Assembly (NCBI GenBank): GCA_045561235.1
Contig: JBJKYB010000001.1
Span: forward strand, 10,566 to 74,565
DNA: 64,000 nt
Origin: Gammaproteobacteria bacterium
GTDB lineage: Bacteria > Pseudomonadota > Gammaproteobacteria > Poriferisulfidales > GCA-002705445
Reading direction: 5' to 3'
The number at the start of each line of letters is the position of its first letter. The stretch's first letter is position 1. Below the pieces are notes generated by a model. That model made no database searches, was not told the DNA's origin, and saw nothing but the letters and a program-made list of their open reading frames with translations. Made by a program: the position numbers and the translations under genes. Shown in pieces: positions 37,901 through 48,244 of the stretch.

Positions 37901-39424
37901 TTGATTATGAAAACATCCTTTAAATATTTTTTTTCAACTTTACTTTTTTTTATTTACCTTTTTATCGTTTCTGATGATTATTTTGTTGGTGATCTTAGTC
38001 ACCTTACATTAAATTCTTCATTTAATATATTTAAAGGATATGGTTACACCTACGGAAATGAAAATAACCTAACAACAGCAGTTAAAAATTCTCCTTTAAC
38101 ATCTTTTATTTTTGGGATTGTTTTAAAGGGTATTAGTCAGTTTTTATTATTAGATACAACAACAATTATTCAAATTGTTTCACTATTAATTACTTTATTT
38201 AGTGCACTAAGCATGGTTTTCTTTTATGACACTGTTAAATCGATCTCAACTTTAAATATATCAATTGTTATCACTGCTTTATTTTTTAGTAATCGATATA
38301 TTCTTGAAACTCTTCTAAAAATATCTTCCGAAGCACTTGGATTTTTCTTACTAATTTTTTGGTTTAATAGATTGTACAAGTTTAGCCTAACTAATGAGTA
38401 CCATTATTTTTTTACCGGATTATTGGCTAGCAGCCTATTTTACAGTTCAAGATATCAATTACTCTTTTTACATATCTTTGCAATATTGTTGAGCATGTTT
38501 ATTTGCAAAAAGCATAAATTTTCTTATAAGGTTTTATTTATTCCTACTATGAGTATTTTCGCAAATTTCTATTTTAATTGGATAAGAAGTGGGAGTGTTT
38601 TTGGCCATCCAGCTGGAGTAGAGGGAGACACGTTTAAAGTTCTAATACATGATTTGATAATATTATTAAAGCGCACTTTCTTGATTCCAAACTTACCTTT
38701 CAACAAATTATTAGTTACATTAATTTTGCTGTCTACTTTTTATTATTTGTCGAAATTTGATTTAACAAGATCGACTTTGTTTAGTAAATTATTAATTCCA
38801 AATGTAAGCTTTGAGTTTTTAATATCCTTTACAACAGTGAATATTGCATTATTGTTAATTACTCTAAGAGTAAATAAAGTTGATACACTTTCTTTTAGAT
38901 ACTTTATTTACAATTTATTTTTTATTTTTTTAATCATTTCATATTTGTGTATTAAGAATAAGATTCTTTTTGTTTATATTGGTGCTCTATTGCTTTTCAA
39001 TATTACAACACTAAATCTAAGTTTTGAAAATAGTTTAAAAAGTTGTTATTGCTCAGATTTATCAATTGAGACAATTGAATACATAAATAAAAACCTCAGA
39101 AATGAAAATATTTTAGGCTCTAGATTTTCAAGCCAGATTTACTATTCAGATTTTCAAGGAAAGGTATTTTTACTACCTTTTTATTCTGAATATAACAAAA
39201 GCTATGGAAGATTGTTGCAACTTGACGAAGCCGGCTTTAAAGAATTAATTGCTGAAGAACAAATTAATTATATTGTTTTTTTTGAAGGGAATGATAAAAA
39301 TGATAGTTTCATTGAAAATAATTTATATGGAGATTTTATTGAAAGTATATACAGTAATTCAAGCATCTATGTTGATAATATAATCGACTTAAGTGATGGT
39401 AAAGTTTTAAAACTCAAAAAATAG
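37901..39424 (+). CDS. GT-C-like polytopic membrane glycosyltransferase
   Basis: Acidic GD after first TM, SEA and SRY motifs, RYF, soluble C-terminal domain; directly after GT2. Confidence 0.65.
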   Translation: MIMKTSFKYFFSTLLFFIYLFIVSDDYFVGDLSHLTLNSSFNIFKGYGYTYGNENNLTTAVKNSPLTSFIFGIVLKGISQFLLLDTTTIIQIVSLLITLFSALSMVFFYDTVKSISTLNISIVITALFFSNRYILETLLKISSEALGFFLLIFWFNRLYKFSLTNEYHYFFTGLLASSLFYSSRYQLLFLHIFAILLSMFICKKHKFSYKVLFIPTMSIFANFYFNWIRSGSVFGHPAGVEGDTFKVLIHDLIILLKRTFLIPNLPFNKLLVTLILLSTFYYLSKFDLTRSTLFSKLLIPNVSFEFLISFTTVNIALLLITLRVNKVDTLSFRYFIYNLFFIFLIISYLCIKNKILFVYIGALLLFNITTLNLSFENSLKSCYCSDLSIETIEYINKNLRNENILGSRFSSQIYYSDFQGKVFLLPFYSEYNKSYGRLLQLDEAGFKELIAEEQINYIVFFEGNDKNDSFIENNLYGDFIESIYSNSSIYVDNIIDLSDGKVLKLKK

Positions 39425-39427
39425 TTG

Positions 39428-40297
39428 TTATTTTTTTGGGAATATTCTTACATTTAACAAATAGTAAATTATTTTTTGCGGAAATAAATAAAAAAGATTC
39501 TGAAAATAAGAATTTATATTCACTCCAAAATATTCGTTTACAAAAACTTTCAAGAATATTTTTTTACATTCTCTGGCCAAATTATTTGTCAGATTTAAAA
39601 CAGAAAAAAAATGCACAACTTCATATGTGTTTTCAGTTATTTTTTTATAAATTCTACGATTGTTTTCATTCCAACTGATATTTTGTGAAATATATTTATT
39701 TTTTTTATGATTTGCCATTTTAATTGCATTATAAAATTTTTGATTAGTTGACTTAGAGTTAAATCTTAAATTGTCACTGTGGTCATTAACTTCAATGAAT
39801 TCATTATTTGTATCATTAACATTTGTCATATTTTTTGCACGATTATGAAAGTCTATATCGTCATAACCCCATCCATATATATACTCATTAAATCCATTTA
39901 GTTCTTCAAAAAGTTTTTTGGTGATTAAAAAATTTCCAAATCCGTTATCTTTGTGAGTAAAATTTAAGTAGTTTATTTTTTCAAGATTTATTTTATTTAA
40001 TGCATTGTGTTTTATGGATGTGTCAGCATCAAGTTTTAAAATAAAATCTCCTTTGGCTAAAAATGCTCCAAAATTGTATGCACGAGAAAGCCACCAACTT
40101 TTCTCTCCTTGAACATTAAATATTCGTAATTTGGAGTTGTGTTTAATGAGACCGGTGGGAACAAGATCTTTACTTGACCAATTTATAATTATGTGCTCCT
40201 CTAAGTGTTTTAATTGTTGAGTTGATTTAATTGCTTCAATTAAATCGTCATGTCTGTTCATGGAGCAGGTAATTACAGAAATATTTTTGTTACTCAT
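39428..40297 (-). CDS. GT2/GT7-type glycosyltransferase
   Basis: SVITCSMNR, LSRAYN, LDAD, GFNEYIYGWGYDDIDF. Confidence 0.8.
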   Translation of the reverse strand: MSNKNISVITCSMNRHDDLIEAIKSTQQLKHLEEHIIINWSSKDLVPTGLIKHNSKLRIFNVQGEKSWWLSRAYNFGAFLAKGDFILKLDADTSIKHNALNKINLEKINYLNFTHKDNGFGNFLITKKLFEELNGFNEYIYGWGYDDIDFHNRAKNMTNVNDTNNEFIEVNDHSDNLRFNSKSTNQKFYNAIKMANHKKNKYISQNISWNENNRRIYKKITENTYEVVHFFSVLNLTNNLARECKKIFLKVFVNEYFGVNINSYFQNLFYLFPQKIIYYLLNVRIFPKK

Positions 40298-40332
40298 TTT
40301 GTTATTGATATAGTTGAAAATATGTAATTGCT

Positions 40333-40704
40333 TTATTTAAAAACATATTTTTTATATATTAAAAATCTTAGCAGTGAAGTAAATATTGAACTAAAAACAA
40401 AAGAAATACTATATAAAGATAATGAGTTTTTTAAAAATGTTGATATAAAAAAGTCAAATATTGCAAAAATGAAATTGACGAAAAAGTATTTTTTAAAGTT
40501 ATGAGATTTAGATTTAAATACAAATTTTTTGTGTAGATAATAACCCTGAAGAATAATATAAATTAAAGATGCCCAAAAAATAAATGTATAACTAAATTTT
40601 AAAAGATCAGATAATAAAAAAATTAGTGTAGTACGAGTCAAAAAATTTACTCCAGTAACCAATTGGAACTTTGAAATTTGAAAAATAAATTTTTTTTCTA
40701 TGAT
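40333..40704 (-). CDS. GtrA-family flippase (start uncertain)
   Basis: 4 TM, LHKKFVFK and KKYVFK repeats; frame open upstream of TTG 40662 as IIEKKFIFQISKFQL without ATG/GTG. Confidence 0.7.
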   Translation of the reverse strand: MIEKKFIFQISKFQLVTGVNFLTRTTLIFLLSDLLKFSYTFIFWASLIYIILQGYYLHKKFVFKSKSHNFKKYFFVNFIFAIFDFFISTFLKNSLSLYSISFVFSSIFTSLLRFLIYKKYVFK

Positions 40705-40742
40705 TGTATATTTTAATTATCTAATATTAAATTACAACAGTC

Positions 40743-41639
40743 ATGAAAATAAATATTTGTATACCTGTATTCAATGAAGAGAACAATTTACCAGATGTAA
40801 TTAAAAATTTAGATGATTACTTATCAACGGTAAGTAATAAAGACCTACAATTTAACGTTGTATTTTATGATGACGGCTCAACAGATAATTCATTATCAAT
40901 TTTAAAAAATTCGAAATTTGAAGTTTTATTTGGATTAAATAATAAAGGCTTAGGAAATGCAATTTCTACTCTTTTTAAACACTCTTTAGAAAACGACGTA
41001 GATGGAGTTATTAAACTAGACGGTGACGGACAAATGGATATAAGTGATATTGACTTATTTTTAGATAGATTAATGAGCAAACCTACAGACTTAATTCAAG
41101 GTAACAGGTTTTATAGATCACATAGCTTCACGCCAGGATATTTAAAAAGATTTGGGATGTTATTTTTTAGAATAATTTTCAGAATTATAGGATTAAAAAT
41201 AAAAGATACATCAAACGGGTTTATTTACGTTTCTAAAAAATGGTTAGAAGATTTTAAAATTATCGGGAACTACAATGCTGCACAACAGATTATCTTAGAT
41301 ACAAAGCTTAGAGATTTAACTTATTCTGAAGTGGATGTAAATATTAAAAATAGAGAAGCAGGAAAATCATTCATAGGAATCAAGTACCCATTTAATGTTC
41401 TCAGCTCAATGTTTTTGCTTTTTCTATATAGAAAAACAGTAAAATTCCTTATAATTCCAGGTTTAGTTTTTTTGTTATTTGCATTTTTATTTTTTGTAAA
41501 TGATGTATCTTTGTGGATTAGACAATTGGAACCAAAAGTTATTTCAAATGAAATTACAATTCTTGCATTTTTATTAGGAGTACAGTTTGTTTCACTAGGT
41601 TCGATAATAGAAATTTTAAAAAAACAAAAAATTATTTAA
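40743..41639 (+). CDS. GT2 polyprenyl-phosphate glycosyltransferase with C-terminal TM pair
   Basis: CIPVFNEENN, DDGSTD, DGDGQ, GNRF, two C-terminal TM. Confidence 0.85.
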   Translation: MKINICIPVFNEENNLPDVIKNLDDYLSTVSNKDLQFNVVFYDDGSTDNSLSILKNSKFEVLFGLNNKGLGNAISTLFKHSLENDVDGVIKLDGDGQMDISDIDLFLDRLMSKPTDLIQGNRFYRSHSFTPGYLKRFGMLFFRIIFRIIGLKIKDTSNGFIYVSKKWLEDFKIIGNYNAAQQIILDTKLRDLTYSEVDVNIKNREAGKSFIGIKYPFNVLSSMFLLFLYRKTVKFLIIPGLVFLLFAFLFFVNDVSLWIRQLEPKVISNEITILAFLLGVQFVSLGSIIEILKKQKII

Positions 41640-41691
41640 ATTTATTAAATTAAAAAAATTTTACGTAATACTATTTAGAGTGATAATTTAA

Positions 41692-43290
41692 ATGAAAAAA
41701 TTCAAAAAAACTATTTCTGAAGTACTGTATATATCAAAAATAACGGCAGTAAATAGCAAGAAAGTTAGGATATTATTCTCTGTAGTCCTTGCAAATGTAA
41801 ATGTTTTAGCAGACATTTTAATAATTCTTTTTTTTGCAAACATAATAGTCGGCGAAGTAACTTCTAGTGAGTTTTTAAACAATATAGTAGAAAAACTTTA
41901 TTTACTTCCTGTAATAATATTCATTAGATTTATTAACAATTTCATACAGGCTGCAAATATTATAAATCTTCAACTAAATGTAGAATCGAATTTAAAAGAC
42001 CATTTGATAAGAGAAATTTATAAAAAGGGCAATTACTCAATTGCTGATGCGACTTATTTAATTAATACACTCAGTGGCCATATAGGTTATTTTTATGGTG
42101 CTTTAACAAATTTAATTAATAGCTCAATACAGGTAATTGTTTATGCAGCATTTTTGTTTTATACAAATTTCGAAACTATTGGCTTATTTGTACTTGGTGC
42201 AGCTTTGCTCGCGTTACCAACCAGATACTTACTTGTTAGGGGTAGAAAATATATGCATGATTATTGGGTTAGTGGACAACAAGCCCAAAAAGATATTCAG
42301 CGAGTTATCCAAAATATTTTTCTAATAAAAATTTTAAGGACAAGCGAATATGAAATCAAAAATTTTAACAACACTATTGAAAAAGTAGTTAAAGCAAGTG
42401 AAAAGAATCAGAATTTTGCAATAATCAACGCGGCACTTCCAAATTTTGTGACCGCGTTTACCATAGCAATATTGTTAGTTTTTTTTGGTGTACTTAAAAA
42501 TCTAACATTAGAATTTTTAGGAATAACATTAAGACTAGTTCAAACTATTGGAGTTTGGAATAAGTCTTTAAGTCAACTTATAAATTCGCATGTTCATTTA
42601 GAAAAATTTACTCAATTAGAAAATAACAAAGTAATAATTAAAAAAGAATATTTTTCACATATTGAATCGAATGAAGATGCGGTAAGGTTTAACAATATTA
42701 GTTTTAAATATTTTAATTCAGAGGATTATATTTTCGAAAATTTAGACTTATCTATACCTAAAAATAAACATACAGTCATCACTGGTCCTAATGGATCAGG
42801 AAAAAGTACTCTTTTAGGTTTAATCTCACAAGTTTTTTATCCGGAAGATGGAAATATAAATATATCATCCAACAAAATTGGTTATGTAGGAGTAACGCCA
42901 TTAATTTTAGACGATACTTTAAGAGAGAATTTTTTGTATGGAAACACAAAAAATATCAAAGATGATGAATTAATTAATCTTGCAAATGAGTTTGAATTAT
43001 TTGTTGAGAACGAAATTAATTTAGATAAATCAATTTCAAACAGATCTTTGTCAGCAGGACAAATGCAAAAAATAGCTTTTATTCGTGCACTATTAGCTGA
43101 AGTAGAAATTTTACTTTTAGATGAATCAACATCAAACTTAGATATAGATACTAAGCAATTTATTTTCAATATTTTAAATAATAAAAATATTACTATTATT
43201 AATTCAACTCATAATCATGAAGATTTTTCATATGATCACCACATTCGAATAGTTTATAACGGTGAAAAAAGGAAATTAGTTTTTAATTAG
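41692..43290 (+). CDS. ABC transporter, fused permease/ATPase (MsbA/PglK-like glycolipid flippase)
   Basis: TM domain then GPNGSGKST, LSAGQ, LLLDESTSNLD. Confidence 0.85.
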   Translation: MKKFKKTISEVLYISKITAVNSKKVRILFSVVLANVNVLADILIILFFANIIVGEVTSSEFLNNIVEKLYLLPVIIFIRFINNFIQAANIINLQLNVESNLKDHLIREIYKKGNYSIADATYLINTLSGHIGYFYGALTNLINSSIQVIVYAAFLFYTNFETIGLFVLGAALLALPTRYLLVRGRKYMHDYWVSGQQAQKDIQRVIQNIFLIKILRTSEYEIKNFNNTIEKVVKASEKNQNFAIINAALPNFVTAFTIAILLVFFGVLKNLTLEFLGITLRLVQTIGVWNKSLSQLINSHVHLEKFTQLENNKVIIKKEYFSHIESNEDAVRFNNISFKYFNSEDYIFENLDLSIPKNKHTVITGPNGSGKSTLLGLISQVFYPEDGNINISSNKIGYVGVTPLILDDTLRENFLYGNTKNIKDDELINLANEFELFVENEINLDKSISNRSLSAGQMQKIAFIRALLAEVEILLLDESTSNLDIDTKQFIFNILNNKNITIINSTHNHEDFSYDHHIRIVYNGEKRKLVFN

Positions 43291-44414
43291 TTTTCTGTAA
43301 ATCTCTACTTCTTTGTCTTTTATTAAATCAAGTAAATATTTTTGCTCAACAACATCGTAATTATTTCTTGAAATTTTATTGAAAATGTTTACGTCTGACA
43401 TAACTTTTGCGATTATTGCTTTGACATTACTAACTTCTTCGTAAAGAAAACCATTAACCTCGTCAACAACTATTTCTCTATGACTTTCAATGTTTGTAGC
43501 TACTATACAACAGCCATTTGCCATTGCTTCAAGTATTGTTTTTGGATTACCTTCAAAAGAAGAATTAGATATAAAAATTTTATATTCTTTGTATAAATTA
43601 TTTAGGTTTTGAAACTCTAATTTACCTAAAAAATTAACTTTAATATTCTCCTTTTTTGCAAATTCAATCAATTTGCTTCTTTCAGATCCATCACCAACTA
43701 TGTCAATTTCAAATTCTGTTTGTTTTAAATGTTTTAAAAGATCAAAAAAGTTTTTTTGCTTCTCCAGCCTACCAACACTAATTATTTTATTAATATGCCT
43801 ACTATCAGCCTCATTTAAATTGATTTTTGGTACATAATTTGGAATTACCATAATATTTGTATTTGTTCCCACCATATTTTGAAGAAAAATATTATCTTTG
43901 TTTGATGTAACAATATAAAGATCTGAATATTTTAAAGATAATTTTGTTAAGTATTTGTAGAATGTTTGTACCAAAACTGATTTGTTTTCTTTAACCTTAA
44001 ATTCATATATGTTGTATCCAGTTCTGACTATAAGTGGAATTCCTAAGTACCTTCTTTAAAATAATGCCAACCCAGGAACCACTCAAGTTGATTAGTTTTA
44101 ATTAAGTCTGGCAATCATGTAAGTTCTTTACTCAAAGAAAATGGAAAAATAGATAGACTTTAATAAGATTAAACAAATTAAGTTTAGCTATGTTTGATAC
44201 GAGCATAGACAGGCAGAATACTCTGGAGTTATCAGAACCCTTGAAAGTAATCTTCAATCGCTTCTGAATCACCAAATGTTATAAAAGTAATACTTCAATA
44301 CCATGTATCCTTTCCTCAAGACCTTGGATAAAGCAGCATCTCTCTATCGTAAATACCTGAATCAACCCAATGTTTCAAAGAAATGCCATAAGTAAAAATA
44401 ACAATTACTTTCAT
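43276..44414 (-). pseudogene. GT4 glycosyltransferase with multiply frameshifted 5' part (pseudogene or assembly error)
   Basis: ATG 44414 gives MKVIVIFTYGISLKHWVDSGIYDREMLLY, then frame breaks; fragments ITFGD, DLIKTNQL, PLIVRTGYNIYEF lead into intact C-terminus (VGRLEKQKN, FEGNPKTILEAMANG). Confidence 0.7.
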
Positions 44415-44456
44415 TGAGTTAATATTAACTACATATATGGTTTTAAAATTTAAGAT

Positions 44457-45587
44457 ATGAGAATTTTATTTGTTCATAACGAGTATTTAGAAGTAGGCGG
44501 TGAAGACATTGCTGTACAAAATGAAATAAGATACTTGAAAGACCACTACCAAGTAAGCGAACTTATATACTCTAACAATATCAAAAACTATATTTTTCAA
44601 ATATTGTACTTTTTATTTAATAAAAACTTTGAGAGCGGGAAAATTCTTGAAAAAGAAATTCTTGAATTTAAGCCAGACATTGTATATGTACACAATACTT
44701 GGTTCGCAGCTTCTCTAGAGGTATTTAAAATTTTGAAAAAATACAATATGAATACCGTAATCAAATTGCATAACTTTAGATATGTTTGTACAAAGTCTTA
44801 TTTAGCTAAAGCACACACAAACAATGAAGAAAGATGTCTCGCCTGCGGGTTTTCTAAAACAGAGAATTTTTTTAATAAGTATTACAAAGATTCATTTCTA
44901 AAATCATTGTTAGTTATAAGGTATGGAAAAAAATATTACAAGGTTTTACAAGACCCATTTTTTAAGATCGCAGTTTTGACAACATTTCACAAAAAATATT
45001 TAGAAGAGAAAGGTTTTAAAAATAATATATATGTATTTCCAAATTATCTAGAACCTATAGAAAGTGTGAAGTCTCATCCAAAAGAAGATTATATAGTTTA
45101 TGCAGGAAGAATATCTTCTGAAAAAGGACTAGAAGAATTAATAGATACATTCAAAAGATCAGCGCTCGATAATTTAAACCTTAAAATTATTGGTGAAGGC
45201 CCATTGTCAAAGCAATTAAATTTGAGCAAAAATATAAAATTTCTTGGAAGGCTTTCGAACAAAGAAGTATTAGAAATTGTTGCTAATGCTAGGGCAGTAG
45301 TGACCTGTACAAAATTGTATGAAGGCCAACCAAATTTTTTATGTGAAGCATCCATGCTTGGAATTCCATCAATCTTTCCAAGAACGGGTGGAATTGAAGA
45401 ATTTTTTCCTAATCACTATAGACTATCTTTTGAACAATTTAACTATGAAGACTTAAAAGAAAAATTAATATTAGTGAATGATAAAAACTATGCTTTAAAA
45501 ATAGGAAATGAAAATAAAAATTATTTACAAAATTTAATAAATAAGAAAGTGCTGGTTGAGACGTTTGAAACAATGGTGAAATTATAA
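44457..45587 (+). CDS. GT4 family glycosyltransferase
   Basis: HNEY..GGED, VHN, LHNFR..C, YAGRISSEKG, YEG...EA. Confidence 0.88.
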   Translation: MRILFVHNEYLEVGGEDIAVQNEIRYLKDHYQVSELIYSNNIKNYIFQILYFLFNKNFESGKILEKEILEFKPDIVYVHNTWFAASLEVFKILKKYNMNTVIKLHNFRYVCTKSYLAKAHTNNEERCLACGFSKTENFFNKYYKDSFLKSLLVIRYGKKYYKVLQDPFFKIAVLTTFHKKYLEEKGFKNNIYVFPNYLEPIESVKSHPKEDYIVYAGRISSEKGLEELIDTFKRSALDNLNLKIIGEGPLSKQLNLSKNIKFLGRLSNKEVLEIVANARAVVTCTKLYEGQPNFLCEASMLGIPSIFPRTGGIEEFFPNHYRLSFEQFNYEDLKEKLILVNDKNYALKIGNENKNYLQNLINKKVLVETFETMVKL

Positions 45588-46270
45588 ATAAATTAGTTTC
45601 TGTAATATTAAGCGCTTACAATAGTGAAAAAACAATTGAAAAATCTATTGAAAGCATCCTTAGTCAGTCGTATCAAAATTTCGAATTGTTGATAATGGAT
45701 GATTTTTCAACAGACAATACTTCTCTAATACTTGAGAAAAAGTATTCTGATAATAAAAAAATAAAACTTTTTAAAAATTCAGAAAATCTCGGTTTAACAA
45801 AATCATTAAACTATTTGATAAATAACTCTAATGGTGAATTGATAGCAAGACAGGATTCAGATGACATTAGCCTGTCCGATAGATTGATGACTCAAGTTAG
45901 GATCGTAAATAAATATAATTTAGATTTCTGCACTACAAGAGCAACTCGCCTAGATAATAATAAGTATATTCCAGGTCTTTCTCGTTATATTCCAAAAAAA
46001 CTAAGTATTAAATTAAAAAATCCTTTTATACACGGCACATTAATGATAAAAAAAAATGTCATCAAAGATATTGGATACTATGACGAGAAGTTTTATTTTG
46101 CCCAAGATTACAAACTGTTTATAGATTTAATTAGCAGAGGTTATAAATATAAAGACTTAATGAAGTCTTACTACATTCTAAATACGGACAACAACATATC
46201 TTCGAACTACAAAAAACAGCAAGAATACTACTCTAATTGTGCAAGAAAAAAAATAGAACCTCAAAATTGA
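45584..46270 (+). CDS. GT2 family glycosyltransferase (apparent ATA start)
   Basis: Frame open from 45584: INKLVSVILSAYNSEKTIEKSIESILSQSYQNFELLIMDDFSTD; NLGLTKSLN, ARQDSDD, AQDY. Confidence 0.85.
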   Translation: MNKLVSVILSAYNSEKTIEKSIESILSQSYQNFELLIMDDFSTDNTSLILEKKYSDNKKIKLFKNSENLGLTKSLNYLINNSNGELIARQDSDDISLSDRLMTQVRIVNKYNLDFCTTRATRLDNNKYIPGLSRYIPKKLSIKLKNPFIHGTLMIKKNVIKDIGYYDEKFYFAQDYKLFIDLISRGYKYKDLMKSYYILNTDNNISSNYKKQQEYYSNCARKKIEPQN

Positions 46271-47199
46271 AAGACAATAAAACATTTATCAACAACCCAA
46301 AAGAATCTTGGATTACAGACAGATTTAGACGTGAATGGTATAAATATAATAAAAAAAATGTTACCAGGTTCGAGAGACCTGCTTCATTAATATGGCTGAT
46401 TGCTCCATGGACTTGGGAAAATGTAAATAAAACTTATTTAAAAAATAAGAAAGTAATATGTACAATCCACCACATTGACGAGCAAAAGTTTGACATCGCT
46501 GAAAAAACAAATTTTTATAAACGAGACGAATATGTTGATGCTTATCATGTTCCTTCAATAAAATCTTTTGATCAATTAAGTAAATTAACAGACAAAAAAA
46601 TTTTTCAAATACCATTTTGGGTAAATCAAAATATTTTTTACACAATACAAGACAAAAAAACACTTAGAGAAAAGTTTGGTATTAGCGAAAAAAGTTTTGT
46701 GGTGGGTTCATTTCAAAGAGACACAGAAGGATATGACCTTAAAACACCAAAGGCTTCTAAGGGTCCTGATTTATTTGTAAAAAATGTAGTTGAGCTAAGT
46801 AAAATTAAAACTAATTTAGTTGTATTACTCGCTGGCTATAGAAGACAATTTATAATTAATGAGCTTGAAAAACATAAGATTGAATATAAATATTTTGAAA
46901 AGCCTAAATTTCAAACAATAAACGAACTATACAATTGTTTAGATTTATATATTGTATCATCTAGAGTCGAAGGAGGTCCCGCAGCGATAATTGAGTGTGC
47001 CATTACAAAAACCCCTATTGTTTCTACGGATGTTGGCATAGCAAGGCAAATTCTAAATCCTATTTCTATATATGATGAAAGTAAATTTTCTGAGGCGAAG
47101 CAAGATATTGAATATGCTTTTAGAAAATCATTGGCTTATACATTAACAGATGGAATGAATGATTTTAATAACATGATTAAGGAAGTTAATGAAAATTAG
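46267..47199 (+). CDS. GT4-like glycosyltransferase
   Basis: GSFQRD, KGPD, SSRVEGGP..IIE...PIVSTDVG; TTGA coupling at 46267. Confidence 0.8.
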   Translation: MKDNKTFINNPKESWITDRFRREWYKYNKKNVTRFERPASLIWLIAPWTWENVNKTYLKNKKVICTIHHIDEQKFDIAEKTNFYKRDEYVDAYHVPSIKSFDQLSKLTDKKIFQIPFWVNQNIFYTIQDKKTLREKFGISEKSFVVGSFQRDTEGYDLKTPKASKGPDLFVKNVVELSKIKTNLVVLLAGYRRQFIINELEKHKIEYKYFEKPKFQTINELYNCLDLYIVSSRVEGGPAAIIECAITKTPIVSTDVGIARQILNPISIYDESKFSEAKQDIEYAFRKSLAYTLTDGMNDFNNMIKEVNEN

Positions 47200-48244
47200 T
47201 ATTGGTACAAATATAAAAGATGGCCCTTGGGGTGGTGGAAATCTATTTGCTATTAACTTAGCACACCATTTGAAAAGCTCAGGACATACAGTTGTTAATA
47301 ATTTGATGGATGATGATATTGATATAATTTTATTAACTGAACCAAGAAAAACTTCTGAATCTTCCGCATTTACTCATATAGATGTAAATAATTATTTAAA
47401 GTATGTAAATAATCAAGCTTTGGTAGTTCATAGAATTAATGAATGCGATGAAAGAAAAAATACAGACTTTGTAAATAAGTACTTGATTGATGTTAATAAA
47501 TCTGCAGATTTTACAGTTTTTGTAAGTACATGGTTAATGCAACTTTTTGAAAAACAAGGATTAAATACTGTTAACAAAAAAGTTATCTTAGCTGGCGCAA
47601 ATGAAAAAATATTTAATGATACAGATTTTATTCCATGGAATCGCAAAGAAAAACTCAAAATTGTTACTCACCACTGGGGAGCTAATTGGAATAAGGGTTT
47701 TGATGTTTACCAAAAAATTGACAATATGCTTTCCGAAAAATATTGGAATGAAAAAATTGAATTTACATATATTGGCAATGTACCTAAAGATTTTTCATTT
47801 AAACATTCAAATAAAGTGGAACCGCTATCGGGATTACAATTAGCAAAAAAAATTAAGGAAAATCATATTTATATTACAGCTTCTATTAACGAGCCTTCGG
47901 GAAACCATCATATTGAAGCCGCACAATGTTCATTGCCAATAATGTATATCAACTCTGGAGGAATCACAGAATATTGTAGAGATTTTGGAATTATGTTCGA
48001 CTTAAAAAATTTGGAAGAGAAGATTGTATATGTTTTAAAAAATTATTATAAGTATCAAAAAAATATGAGTAATTATCCTTTTAACGCTTCTACAATGTCA
48101 AGCGAATATCTTGGTGAATTTAACAATTTATTAAATCAAAAAACGCAACTAATAAGCAAGAGAGACTTATCTATGCTTGAAACAAGTTCTGAGTTTTTAT
48201 TTAAATTTAAGAGATATATTAAAAGAATATTTAATGTACGCTAA
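47189..48244 (+). CDS. GT4-like glycosyltransferase
   Basis: GPWGGGN, NKGF, ASINEPSGNHHIEA, SGG. Confidence 0.75.
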   Translation: MKISIGTNIKDGPWGGGNLFAINLAHHLKSSGHTVVNNLMDDDIDIILLTEPRKTSESSAFTHIDVNNYLKYVNNQALVVHRINECDERKNTDFVNKYLIDVNKSADFTVFVSTWLMQLFEKQGLNTVNKKVILAGANEKIFNDTDFIPWNRKEKLKIVTHHWGANWNKGFDVYQKIDNMLSEKYWNEKIEFTYIGNVPKDFSFKHSNKVEPLSGLQLAKKIKENHIYITASINEPSGNHHIEAAQCSLPIMYINSGGITEYCRDFGIMFDLKNLEEKIVYVLKNYYKYQKNMSNYPFNASTMSSEYLGEFNNLLNQKTQLISKRDLSMLETSSEFLFKFKRYIKRIFNVR

